Origin: an uncultured Oscillospiraceae bacterium
GTDB lineage: Bacteria > Bacillota > Clostridia > Oscillospirales > Oscillospiraceae
Assembly: GCA_934552825.1 (NCBI GenBank)
Contig: CAKTEQ010000001.1
Span: 390,068-454,067, forward strand
Length of the DNA: 64,000 nucleotides
Direction: 5' to 3'
Below, piece by piece: positions 26,495 through 35,358 of this stretch. A program made the position numbers and the translations under genes. The notes under the pieces were generated by a model. The model had not been told where the DNA came from. It did no database searches and worked only from the letters and a program-made list of their open reading frames with translations. Every line of letters begins with the position of its first letter. The first letter of the stretch is position 1.

Positions 26495-29104
26495 TCATTT
26501 TATAACGGGTTCGTCACTGGCGAGGGAGTGCAGCTCATAGAGTGTCTCCATCGCCTGAATGGGCGTCATGAAATTCAGATTCAGCCCCTGTATACGGTAG
26601 AATATTTCAGCCGCGCGCTGCTCCTGCTCCGTAGGCTCATGCTTCCGCTCCCGGGGCACTACTATCTCCATCTGCCCGCACTCGAGCTTTGCGAGGATCT
26701 CCTTTGCCCGGGAAATAACGTCGCCGGGAACGCCCGCGAGCTGCGCGACCTCGATGCCGTAGCTCTCGTCCGCGCCGCCCTGCTCTATCTTCCTGAGGAA
26801 GAGTATTTTCTCCCCGCGCTTTATGGCTGAGATATGGTAGTTTTTCACTCCCGACAGCTCCTCCTGGAGCACCGTGAGCTCATGGTAATGGGTGGCGAAC
26901 AGTGTCCTCGCCCCCAGCTTATCCCGGTCCCAGCAGCGCTCTACCACGGCGCGGGCAACGCTCATCCCGTCATAGGTGGAGGTGCCCCGCCCTATCTCGT
27001 CGAGAAGTATGAGGCTGCGGAAGGTCGCGTTCTGCAGTATCTCCGCCACCTCGGTCATCTCCACCATGAAGGTGGAGCGTCCGCCCGCCAGATCGTCGGA
27101 GGCTCCCACGCGGGTGAACACCCGGTCCACAATGCCTATCTCCGCTCCCGAGGCCGGCACGAACGAGCCTATCTGCGCCATTATAACTATCAGCGCCACC
27201 TGGCGCATGTAAGTGCTCTTACCCGCCATGTTGGGTCCCGTAATTATCATCACGCGGTCGTCGCCAGTGTTCATAAATGTGTCGTTCGGCACGAAGCCCT
27301 TGTCCGGCAGGTTCATCTCGACCACCGGGTGGCGTCCTGCCGTTATGTTTAGCTCTGTGCCGCCGCTCATTCTGGGGCGCACGTATCTGTATTTCACGGC
27401 GCTGTGGCCAAAGCTGCACAGCATATCCAGCATGGCGATGTCCGCCGCCGTCTGCTGCACACGGTCCACCTGACGCGCAACGTCGTCCCTCAGGACGCAG
27501 AAGAGCCTGTACTCCGTGTCCTTGATGCGGTCCTTTGCGCCGAGCATATCACTCTCCAGCTCTTTTAGCTCCTGGGTTATATATCTCTCGCAGTTGGCAA
27601 GGGTCTGCTTGCGCACATACCCCTCCGGTACAAGGTCGAAGTAGCTTTTGCTCACCTCGAGGAAATAGCCGAACACCCGGTTATAGCCCACGCGGAGATT
27701 TTTTATCCCGGTCTTTTCACGCTCGCGGGCCTCCAGCTCCGCTATGCGCTCGGTGCCGTGCTCTATTATATCCCGGAGCCTGTCCACCTCGGCGCTGAAC
27801 CCGGCAGCTATCATTCCCCCGTCCCGCACGGACACGGGAGGATCCGGCTCGATGGCTGCCGTAATGCTGCTGCCGATGTCTGAAAGCGTGTCGAACCGCC
27901 CGCTCATCTCCCGGAGCTGAGAGCTCTCCATTTCGCCGAGAAATTGAGCCACCTGAGGCAGCTTTTCGCAGGTCTGCGCCAGAGCGATAAGATCCCGGGC
28001 GTTGGCATTGCCGTATATCATGCGTCCCATAAGGCGCTCGATGTCGTACACCGCGCCGAGCGTCTTGCGCAGCTCTTCCCGCTCCACGCTCTTTCCCGCC
28101 AGCTCCTCCACCGCCTCATGGCGTGCCGTGATGGCATCCAGGTCCATAAGGGGTTTTTCCAGCTGACTCCTCAGCATACGGTGGCCCATGGCGGTCTTTG
28201 TTCTGTCGATCGTTCCGAGGAGGGTGCCTTTCGTGTCCCCTGAGCGCATGGAGCGCGTCAGCTCCAGGTTTCGCCGGGCCGTCATGTCGATCTCCATATA
28301 CACGCCTTTTTTCTTAACGGTGAGGCGGCGTATCTGGTTCAGACTGCCCTTCTGCATTTCTCTGAGGTAGCCCAAAAGTCCGCCTGCGGCGGCCTCGGCA
28401 AAGGGGCGCTCCCCGGCGCTTAGGTCCTCCAGGTTTATCTCCCCGAACTGCTCCGCCAGCACCGTCCTCGCTACGCTCTCCGCAAAAAGCGGGGCGTATT
28501 TCGTCTCCGCGGGGCAGTCCAGCTTATCTTTGAGGAATTTTTCGATATCTCCTGTGTCCATCCCCGCGAGGACGCATTCCACGGGGGCAGCGCTGTAAAG
28601 CTCGTTCATTGCCTGCTCCCCGGCGTCAAATCCCGTGAATACGGATACGCGCATCTCCCCCGTCGTTATATCGCAGAAGCAGACTCCGCAGGCGTTCTCC
28701 CCCGCGTATACGCCGGCTATGTAGTTATTCCTGTCGTCGCTGATAAGGTCCTGCTCCATCACAGTTCCCGGCGTCACTATCCGCGTGACGCTGCGCTCCA
28801 CCAGTCCCTTTGCCAGAGCCGGGTCCTCCGTCTGCTCGCATATCGCGACCTTGTATCCCTTTGAGATGAGCCGGGCTATATAGCCCTGGCACGCGTGATA
28901 GGGCACGCCGCACATGGGCGTCTGCTCTTCGGGGGGCTTACTCCTGTCCCTCGTGGTGAGGGTCAGGTCCAGCTCCTTGGAGGCTATCTTCGCGTCCTCC
29001 CCGAACATCTCATAAAAATCGCCCAGGCGGAAAAACAGCAGTGTGCCCGGGTTCTCCGCCTTTATCTTTTTATACTGGCGCATCATAGGCGTCGCTTCCG
29101 CCAT
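26495..29104 (-). CDS. mutS: DNA mismatch repair protein MutS
   Basis: N-terminal TPMMRQY..FYEMF mismatch-binding motif and Walker A GPNMAGKST; 869 aa. Confidence 0.95.
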   Translation of the reverse strand: MAEATPMMRQYKKIKAENPGTLLFFRLGDFYEMFGEDAKIASKELDLTLTTRDRSKPPEEQTPMCGVPYHACQGYIARLISKGYKVAICEQTEDPALAKGLVERSVTRIVTPGTVMEQDLISDDRNNYIAGVYAGENACGVCFCDITTGEMRVSVFTGFDAGEQAMNELYSAAPVECVLAGMDTGDIEKFLKDKLDCPAETKYAPLFAESVARTVLAEQFGEINLEDLSAGERPFAEAAAGGLLGYLREMQKGSLNQIRRLTVKKKGVYMEIDMTARRNLELTRSMRSGDTKGTLLGTIDRTKTAMGHRMLRSQLEKPLMDLDAITARHEAVEELAGKSVEREELRKTLGAVYDIERLMGRMIYGNANARDLIALAQTCEKLPQVAQFLGEMESSQLREMSGRFDTLSDIGSSITAAIEPDPPVSVRDGGMIAAGFSAEVDRLRDIIEHGTERIAELEAREREKTGIKNLRVGYNRVFGYFLEVSKSYFDLVPEGYVRKQTLANCERYITQELKELESDMLGAKDRIKDTEYRLFCVLRDDVARQVDRVQQTAADIAMLDMLCSFGHSAVKYRYVRPRMSGGTELNITAGRHPVVEMNLPDKGFVPNDTFMNTGDDRVMIITGPNMAGKSTYMRQVALIVIMAQIGSFVPASGAEIGIVDRVFTRVGASDDLAGGRSTFMVEMTEVAEILQNATFRSLILLDEIGRGTSTYDGMSVARAVVERCWDRDKLGARTLFATHYHELTVLQEELSGVKNYHISAIKRGEKILFLRKIEQGGADESYGIEVAQLAGVPGDVISRAKEILAKLECGQMEIVVPRERKHEPTEQEQRAAEIFYRIQGLNLNFMTPIQAMETLYELHSLASDEPVIK

Positions 29105-29117
29105 GGTCCTCTCCTCC

Positions 29118-30527
29118 TTAAACCGGCTCTCCCACGAGAGCCCACGTGCTGCTGTCCGTTATGCGCACGTCTATAAATTTTCCTATGAGGCTGCTGTCCC
29201 CGTCCAGGTGCACAAGGCGGCCGCCCCGGGTCCGCGCGGCCAGGTCGTGCTTGCCCGTGCCCGCGCCGTCCACCAGGACGCGCAGCGTTCTGCCGACGTA
29301 GCTTTTGTGTTTTTCCCGGGAAATGCTGTTCTGCAGGTCTATGAGCTTATCGAAGCGCACCTGCTTCTGTTCCCGGGTATAGGGGTCCGGCATCTCCGCC
29401 GCGGGCGTGCCCGAGCGGGGCGAATATATGAAGGTGAACAGCGCGTCGAACCGCACCTGCTCTACAAGAGTCAGTGTGTCTTCAAATTCTTCGTCCGTTT
29501 CCCCGGGAAAGCCGACTATAACATCGCTTGTCAGCACAATGTCCGGCATATACTCCCGGGCAATCTCCGTCAGCGCCAGATACTTCGCCCTGTCGTAGCC
29601 CCGGTTCATCTTCTTCAGCACCCTGTCATTCCCCGCCTGGAAGGGCAGGTGGAGCTGAGGGGCGACCTTTTCGCACTGGGCCATTGTCCTGAAGAGCTTT
29701 TCAGAGGCATCCTTCGGGTGGCTCGTCATAAACCGGATCACAAAATCCCCCGGCACATCGTTTATCCGCCGGAGAAGGTCCGAAAAATCCAGCCGTTCCG
29801 GCAGGTCCTTGCCATAGGAATTCACGTTCTGTCCAAGGAGGGTTATGTCCTTGTAGCCCTGAGCCGCCAGCTCACGGACCTCATTGAGGATTACCTCCGG
29901 GTCGCGGCTGCGCTCCCGGCCTCTTACGTAGGGAACGATGCAGTAGGAGCAGAAATTATTGCAGCCGTACATGATGCTGACCCAAGCCTTTGTTTTACCG
30001 TCACGCTGGTTGGGTATTCCCTCGGCGATGGTGCCGTTCGTGTCCTGAGGGATGAACTGGCGCTTCCCGGAGAGGAGACTCGTCTCCAAAAGCTCGGGAA
30101 AACGCCACAGTGCGTCCGGCGGAAACACCAGGTCCACGTAGGGATAGCTGCTCTTCACCTTATCGAGCACCCGCTTTTCAGCTGCCATGCAGCCGCACAG
30201 GCATATTTTCTGATTTGGATTCGCCTTCTTCGTATGTGAGAGGGCGCCTATATTGCCGAGCACCCGGTCCTCCGCGTGCTCCCGAACGGCGCAGGAGTTT
30301 ATGACCACCACGTCCGCCTGCTTCTCGTCCTGGGTCATGGTGTATCCCATCTCCCGGAGCATACCCCGTATACGTTCGCTGTCCGCCTCGTTCTGCTGAC
30401 AGCCGTAGGTATCCACCATCGCCATGGGCTTATCTTTGCGCGCGAGGATAAAATCCTTCACCCTCCCCATTATTTCACGCTGACGGGCTATCTCGCTGTC
30501 AGCAATTATTACCTTTTCCCGCTCCAT
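29118..30527 (-). CDS. miaB: tRNA-2-methylthio-N6-dimethylallyladenosine synthase
   Basis: UPF0004, radical-SAM CNNFCSYC and TRAM domains. Conserved miaB-mutS-mutL order. Confidence 0.9.
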   Translation of the reverse strand: MEREKVIIADSEIARQREIMGRVKDFILARKDKPMAMVDTYGCQQNEADSERIRGMLREMGYTMTQDEKQADVVVINSCAVREHAEDRVLGNIGALSHTKKANPNQKICLCGCMAAEKRVLDKVKSSYPYVDLVFPPDALWRFPELLETSLLSGKRQFIPQDTNGTIAEGIPNQRDGKTKAWVSIMYGCNNFCSYCIVPYVRGRERSRDPEVILNEVRELAAQGYKDITLLGQNVNSYGKDLPERLDFSDLLRRINDVPGDFVIRFMTSHPKDASEKLFRTMAQCEKVAPQLHLPFQAGNDRVLKKMNRGYDRAKYLALTEIAREYMPDIVLTSDVIVGFPGETDEEFEDTLTLVEQVRFDALFTFIYSPRSGTPAAEMPDPYTREQKQVRFDKLIDLQNSISREKHKSYVGRTLRVLVDGAGTGKHDLAARTRGGRLVHLDGDSSLIGKFIDVRITDSSTWALVGEPV

Positions 30528-30617
30528 AAGGTCTCCTCCACAGGGGTTTAATCAAATCATTTTATTTTATCATATTGTATAGACTGCCCGCAAGGCTTTT
30601 TTCTGCACATGTCCGGG

Positions 30618-30655
30618 CAAAAATAATAAGGCAGCCATCCGAGGATGACTGCCTT
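30618..30655 (-). terminator. rho-independent terminator after rpsT
   Basis: 13-bp stem with one mismatch, followed by a U-rich tail on the minus strand. Confidence 0.65.
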
Positions 30656-30673
30656 CAGAGAAGTCCTGTTCAA

Positions 30674-30940
30674 TCAGGCGTTGAGCGCATTGAGCTTCTT
30701 CGCGATGTCGCTCTTCTTGTGCGCTGCGTTGTTCTTATGCAGAACACCGTGCCTTGTCGCCTTGTCAATTGTCTTGACAGCAACTTTGAATGTGCTGTTG
30801 GCTGCTTCCAGGTTGCCTTCAGCCACAGCTTCGTCAAACTTCTTCATGCTGGTCTTCAAATTAGACTTGATAGCCTTGTTAACGGCGTTATTAGCCTTTG
30901 CTATCTTTACGCGCTTCTCAGCGGATTTAATGTTAGGCAA
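30674..30940 (-). CDS. rpsT: 30S ribosomal protein S20
   Basis: (L)PNIKSAEKRVK N-terminus. The TTG start at 30940 lies 8 nt after GGAGGAGG. Confidence 0.9.
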   Translation of the reverse strand: MPNIKSAEKRVKIAKANNAVNKAIKSNLKTSMKKFDEAVAEGNLEAANSTFKVAVKTIDKATRHGVLHKNNAAHKKSDIAKKLNALNA

Positions 30941-30991
30941 GTCAACTACCTCCTCCAACAGCAGATTACACCCATTACGGTGCAGAATGGA

Positions 30992-31020
30992 ATTTTAGCA
31001 TTTATTCCGCAAAATTGCAA
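30992..31020 (-). promoter_or_regulatory. putative sigma-A promoter of rpsT
   Basis: On the minus strand: TTGCAA, 17 nt, TAAAAT, with an A/T-rich UP-like tract upstream. Confidence 0.5.
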
Positions 31021-31108
31021 CCTTTTTTTGAAAAAAATTTTTACATTTAATATTTTTCCGCCCGCCGGGAAAAATACCACCATATCTTGTGTTTCAGAGG
31101 TGCTGATA

Positions 31109-31990
31109 ATGACTAAAATTCGTACCGATCTCGCTCTGGAGGCAGGCCGCCTCTCTCCCGACGCTCCAGAAATCCCGGGAGTCGTGTTTAATGAGGAGAA
31201 GCTCGAGGGGCTGAACGTGACTGTCGTCCGCATCACTACCGCCGGCGCCGCCGAAGCCACGGGAAAGCCCATCGGCTCCTATGCCACCCTGACGCTCCCC
31301 GACGAGCTCATTTTATCCGGGGACAGCTTCCGTGCTGCCGCCGCGGCCGGCGCTGAGCTGCTGCGGCGCTTTCTTCCATGGAACGGTCCTTATCTCGTCG
31401 CCGGACTGGGAAACGAAGCCGTTACCCCGGATACGATCGGTCCCTCGGCTGTGGAAAAGCTAATCGTCACGCGGCATCTTAAAAACGGCGGGCAGTTCAG
31501 CCAATTCGGCTCCGTCGCCGCCATTGCCCCCGGCGTGTTGGGTGAAACCGGCATCGAGTCGGGGGAAATTATTAACAGCGTATCCGGGTGTATCTCACCA
31601 GCCGCCGTAATCGTAGTGGACGCCCTCGCTTCCCGGAGCATCAGCCGTATATGCCGCACTATTCAGATATCTGACAGTGGTATAATCCCCGGCAGCGGCG
31701 TCGGTAATGCCCGCAGAGCCATCGACAAAGGGCTGCTGGGCGTTCCGGTGATATCCGTTGGTATCCCCACCGTCGTGGATGCCGCCACTATATGTATAGA
31801 TCTCGCCGCCGAAGCGGGATACGAGGATATATCTGAGGAGGCTCTGCGGAAATACGGGGGGGATATGATCGTGACGCCCCGGGATATTGACCGGCGTGTC
31901 GAGGAGTCGGCGAAGCTTTTGAGCTACTGTCTGAACCTGGCTCTCCACCCCTCGCTCACCTATGATGACGTCACTGCGTTCTTTGCGTGA
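31109..31990 (+). CDS. gpr: germination protease (spore endopeptidase GPR)
   Basis: MTKIRTDLALEA N-terminus and GPR-typical core (GLGN..VTPD, PGV.G.TG). Confidence 0.9.
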   Translation: MTKIRTDLALEAGRLSPDAPEIPGVVFNEEKLEGLNVTVVRITTAGAAEATGKPIGSYATLTLPDELILSGDSFRAAAAAGAELLRRFLPWNGPYLVAGLGNEAVTPDTIGPSAVEKLIVTRHLKNGGQFSQFGSVAAIAPGVLGETGIESGEIINSVSGCISPAAVIVVDALASRSISRICRTIQISDSGIIPGSGVGNARRAIDKGLLGVPVISVGIPTVVDAATICIDLAAEAGYEDISEEALRKYGGDMIVTPRDIDRRVEESAKLLSYCLNLALHPSLTYDDVTAFFA

Positions 31991-32171
31991 GTTTTCCACA
32001 ATTCCACTACATTTGCGGTTTTCGTCATTTCCCGACCCGTATATATTGTATTTTTCCGAAAGTTACACAAATTCTTCGACAGAATCCGACAATTTATTCC
32101 CGGGGACAGGCTTTATCATAAAAAGCAGAGATAGAAACGGGGGCTTCCCCGGGAAAAAGGAGTTTTCATCC

Positions 32172-32987
32172 GTGGCGCTTGTCAAGAAGAAAGGTTATTT
32201 CGAGTCCAGTAAAGTAGTTTACATAAGAACCGAGGAAATCGTCCCTAATCCTTCCCAGCCCAGAAAGATATTCGATCTCAAGGGTCTTGAGGAACTGGCT
32301 GAGAGCATCCGGCGTCACGGCGTCATTCAGCCAATAAGCGTTCGGCGCACCGAGAAGGGCTATGAGCTTATCGCCGGCGAGCGGCGCCTGCGGGCTTCAA
32401 AGCTTGCGGGACTTAAGGAAGTGCCGGCTATCGTCCTTGAGATCGATAACGTTCAGTCCGGGCTCCTGGCCCTTGTGGAAAATCTTCAGCGTAAAGATCT
32501 GGACTTTTTCGAAGAGGCGGAAGGGCTAGCAAAGCTTATACGTCTCTCCGGGTATTCTCAGGAGGAAGCGGCAAAACGCATAGGCAAATCCCAGTCCGCT
32601 GTCGCAAACAAGCTCCGCCTGCTGCGGCTCTCCCCGGAGATAATTCAGAAAATGCGGCAATTCGGCCTATCTGAACGCCACGCCCGCGCTCTCTTGCGCC
32701 TTGACAACAACGAGGACCGCATGGAGGTGCTGGACATTATTATAAAGGGTGAAATGAACGTCGCCCGAACGGAAGCCTATATAGACACCTATATTCAGCG
32801 AAAATCCGAACCACAGCCGGAAGAGCACCATCCCGATCGGAATTTGTACATTATAAAAGATATACGCATCTTTATAAATTCCGTCAATCGCGGCATGGAA
32901 CTGCTTAAACACTCCGGGATCAACGCGAGCTGCACCCGCACTGAAACCAGCGAAAGTATTTCTCTCCTTCTTGTCATCCCCAAGTAA
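32172..32987 (+). CDS. ParB-family protein, Noc-like paralog
   Basis: ParB box GERRLRASKLAG and HTH SQEEAAKRIGKSQSAVANKLRLL. GTG start follows AAAGGAG. Sits upstream of soj-spo0J, as noc does. Confidence 0.8.
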   Translation: MALVKKKGYFESSKVVYIRTEEIVPNPSQPRKIFDLKGLEELAESIRRHGVIQPISVRRTEKGYELIAGERRLRASKLAGLKEVPAIVLEIDNVQSGLLALVENLQRKDLDFFEEAEGLAKLIRLSGYSQEEAAKRIGKSQSAVANKLRLLRLSPEIIQKMRQFGLSERHARALLRLDNNEDRMEVLDIIIKGEMNVARTEAYIDTYIQRKSEPQPEEHHPDRNLYIIKDIRIFINSVNRGMELLKHSGINASCTRTETSESISLLLVIPK

Positions 32988-33003
32988 TGTTTCACATGAA
33001 ACA
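32988..33003. promoter_or_regulatory. parS site 1 (15/16 match to the Firmicute consensus TGTTNCACGTGAAACA)
   Basis: Sequence tgtttcacatgaaaca, starting immediately after the noc-like stop codon. Confidence 0.75.
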
Positions 33004-33026
33004 TTACGCTCCACATTCCTGTCCGA

Positions 33027-33042
33027 TGTTTCACATGAAACA
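33027..33042. promoter_or_regulatory. parS site 2 (identical copy)
   Basis: tgtttcacatgaaaca, 39 bp start-to-start from site 1. Confidence 0.75.
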
Positions 33043-33075
33043 TCGGACACTTTTTATTATTTACGCCAATAGGCA

Positions 33076-33104
33076 TTGAAAAGCGCCGCCAAATAAACTA
33101 TAAT
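33076..33104 (+). promoter_or_regulatory. putative sigma-A promoter of soj-spo0J
   Basis: TTGAAA, 17 nt, TATAAT. Confidence 0.55.
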
Positions 33105-33161
33105 GCAAGTTACGGCGAAAAAAGCCGAATTTCGCAGGCAAAAGCAGAAAGGAGACGCGAA

Positions 33162-33926
33162 TTGGCAAAAGTTATAGCAATAGCCAACCAGAAGGGCGGC
33201 GTCGGGAAAACAACGACCTGCGTAAACCTGGCATATTCACTTGGTCTGTTTAATACTAAAACACTCCTCGTTGATTTTGATCCCCAGGGAAACGCAACTT
33301 CAGGTTACGGCGTTTCAAAAAACGAAGCTACTACTATATATGATGTAATAATCGGCGGAGCCGACATCAGGGACGCGATCGTATCAACACCATACGGCGA
33401 TATAGTTCCATCAAACAAGGCCCTTGCGGGCGCCGGTGTGGAGATCGTCGACTTGGACAACAGGGAATATCGGCTAAAAGAGGCACTTGATTCCATCAGA
33501 GACGACTACGACTGCATAATAATCGACTGTCCCCCATCATTGGAGCTGCTCACCCTGAATGCGCTGTGCGCAGCCGACAGCATGATCGTCCCAATTCAGT
33601 GTGAATACTACGCGCTTGAAGGCTTGAGCGACCTGCTCAATACTGTCACAATACTGAACGACAGGCTAAACCCCAACCTCAGGATAGAGGGAATGGTCAT
33701 GACGATGTACGACAGCCGCACTCAGCTTTCCAACCAGGTCGTGGAAGAGGTAAAGGCTCATTTTCCGGACCTTGTATACGACGTGAAAATACCACGGAAT
33801 GTGCGGCTTTCCGAGGCACCGAGTCACGGGATGCCGGCTCTCGCCCTGGACAAGCACTCCAAAGGCGGGCGGGCGTACAGAAAGCTGGGCAAAAAGCTCT
33901 CGAACGCGCTGAAAGGAGTGGATTAA
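33162..33926 (+). CDS. soj: chromosome partitioning ATPase ParA/Soj
   Basis: Deviant Walker A KGGVGKTT; 254 aa; TTG start. Confidence 0.95.
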   Translation: MAKVIAIANQKGGVGKTTTCVNLAYSLGLFNTKTLLVDFDPQGNATSGYGVSKNEATTIYDVIIGGADIRDAIVSTPYGDIVPSNKALAGAGVEIVDLDNREYRLKEALDSIRDDYDCIIIDCPPSLELLTLNALCAADSMIVPIQCEYYALEGLSDLLNTVTILNDRLNPNLRIEGMVMTMYDSRTQLSNQVVEEVKAHFPDLVYDVKIPRNVRLSEAPSHGMPALALDKHSKGGRAYRKLGKKLSNALKGVD

Positions 33927-34781
33927 ATGGCATTAGGCAAAGGGCTTGGGGCCCTTCTCGGAGAAGAGGCGGCCTACACAGCAAAAGAAAACAGCGCGAA
34001 AACGCTGCCCATAACCAAAATCGAAGCCCGCTCCGACCAGCCCAGAAAGAAATTTGACGAAGCCGCGCTCAATGAACTGGCGGAGAGCATAAAAAAACAC
34101 GGTATACTCCAGCCCATAACGGTGCGCCGTCTGTCGACAGGTTATTATAGTATAATCGCCGGCGAACGCCGATGGCGTGCCGCCCGTCTTGCCGGGCTCA
34201 GAGAAGTGCCGGTAAATATAATCGAGGCAGATGACAAAAAGGCCAAGGAACTGGCGCTTATCGAGAATCTTCAGCGTGAGGACCTGGACGATATGGAGAT
34301 CGCCTGTGGCTTTAAATCCCTCATGGAAGAATTTGGGATGACCCAGGAGGCAGTTGCGGAACAGATGGGCATAAGCCGCAGCGCCGTGGCGAACACTGTG
34401 CGCCTGCTTAATCTGCCGGAAAAGCTCCAGAATATGATACGTTCCGGTGAGCTTACAGCCGGACACGCAAGAGCGCTTATGCGCATCCAAGACGCTTCCC
34501 AGCAGCAGGCCGCGGCGGAGATCATTGTAAAAAACCAGCTTTCCGTGCGCCAGGCTGAGCAGCTCTGCGCCAGGCTGGCCGCTGAGCGTCCGAAAAAGGA
34601 TGCGCCCGCTGTGGGAATTACGGTAAATTACCTCAGCGACGTGGAAAAAGCTCTCTCCGGCGTGCTGGGGCACAAAGTGACCATCGCCAGCGGCAAGAAA
34701 AAGGGTAAAATAGAAATTGAATACTACGGCGGCGACGACCTCCAGGCACTCATCGACGCTCTCAGTAAAATCAAGCTTTAA
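33927..34781 (+). CDS. spo0J: chromosome partitioning protein ParB/Spo0J
   Basis: GERRWRAARLAG ParB box and HTH TQEAVAEQMGISRSAVANTVRLL. The ATG abuts the soj stop codon. Confidence 0.95.
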   Translation: MALGKGLGALLGEEAAYTAKENSAKTLPITKIEARSDQPRKKFDEAALNELAESIKKHGILQPITVRRLSTGYYSIIAGERRWRAARLAGLREVPVNIIEADDKKAKELALIENLQREDLDDMEIACGFKSLMEEFGMTQEAVAEQMGISRSAVANTVRLLNLPEKLQNMIRSGELTAGHARALMRIQDASQQQAAAEIIVKNQLSVRQAEQLCARLAAERPKKDAPAVGITVNYLSDVEKALSGVLGHKVTIASGKKKGKIEIEYYGGDDLQALIDALSKIKL

Positions 34782-34796
34782 CGGAGGACGAGGAAA

Positions 34797-35306
34797 ATGC
34801 AGGAGGATAATAAAGGAAGGAAGAGCCGCAACAGGATAGCCGTATATCTCATGGTGCTGTTTCTTGTGGCGTTTCTTCTGATGCTGTTTTCTTATCTTGT
34901 TTCCGAACGGAACAACGCCATCGCCATGGAAAACCTGACGAACTCTCATTCCCAGGCTACGGCGTCCGCTTTTGAGAACATCGAACTTCTCCAAAAGGAG
35001 AACGAAACGCTGAAGGATGAGGCCGCCGCGAACGAAAAAGAGCGGCAGGAGCTTCTTGATAAAGTTGAGTCCCTCGAAAACCAGGTAGACGACCTCACTG
35101 AAGAGAATGAAGCCCTGAAAGATGCTGCACAGGATAACGAGAAAGCGGTAGAACTGCTGCTCTCCCTGGAGCACGCCGCCGCCGCAAACGACTCTGCCGC
35201 AGCCAAAAGCGTCATCTCCCAAGCGAAGAAAAGCGGCGCTTCATTCACCCAGGCTCTTACCGAGTCTCAGCTCGGCAGATGGAATGAACTCAGCAAAAAG
35301 TTCTGA
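34797..35306 (+). CDS. hypothetical membrane-anchored coiled-coil protein
   Basis: N-terminal TM helix (IAVYLMVLFLVAFLLMLFSYLV), then an acidic heptad-like region. GGAGG RBS 15 nt after the spo0J stop. Confidence 0.6.
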   Translation: MQEDNKGRKSRNRIAVYLMVLFLVAFLLMLFSYLVSERNNAIAMENLTNSHSQATASAFENIELLQKENETLKDEAAANEKERQELLDKVESLENQVDDLTEENEALKDAAQDNEKAVELLLSLEHAAAANDSAAAKSVISQAKKSGASFTQALTESQLGRWNELSKKF

Positions 35307-35358
35307 TTGTCCCCATAATTAAGTAATAAATGCAACTTTGAAAGGTGTGTAATATAAA

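Noticed and set aside
24604-26505. 633-aa plus-strand ORF spanning the whole of mutL.
   Set aside because: It is antisense to a confidently identified gene and its sequence is low complexity (Arg/His/Leu/Pro-rich) with no recognisable motifs. It is a typical stop-codon-depleted shadow frame of GC-rich coding DNA.
30575-31108. N-terminal extensions of track ORFs: 30575..31108 before gpr, 17847..18005 before the NTP-transferase gene, 31962..32171 before the noc-like gene, and 42409..42528 before deoC.
   Set aside because: The extensions cover promoters, terminators or antisense rpsT. They lack family homology, and internal starts with good RBSs reproduce the canonical N-termini.
30941-32009. 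An alternative replication origin at the strand-switch point near 31 kb. The evidence considered was the divergent rpsT/gpr pair, an AT-rich spacer, and an 8/9 DnaA box TTTTCCACA at 31992..32000.
   Set aside because: There is only one isolated one-mismatch box, and roughly a dozen such hits are expected by chance in 64 kb on both strands. There is no box cluster. The AT-rich tract is explained by the rpsT promoter and its UP element. This cannot be excluded without GC-skew analysis.
35307-35358. A T-box leader upstream of serS, which is common in Firmicutes.
   Set aside because: The spacer is only 52 nt, too short for a T-box of about 200 nt or more, and it contains no T-box sequence or terminator.
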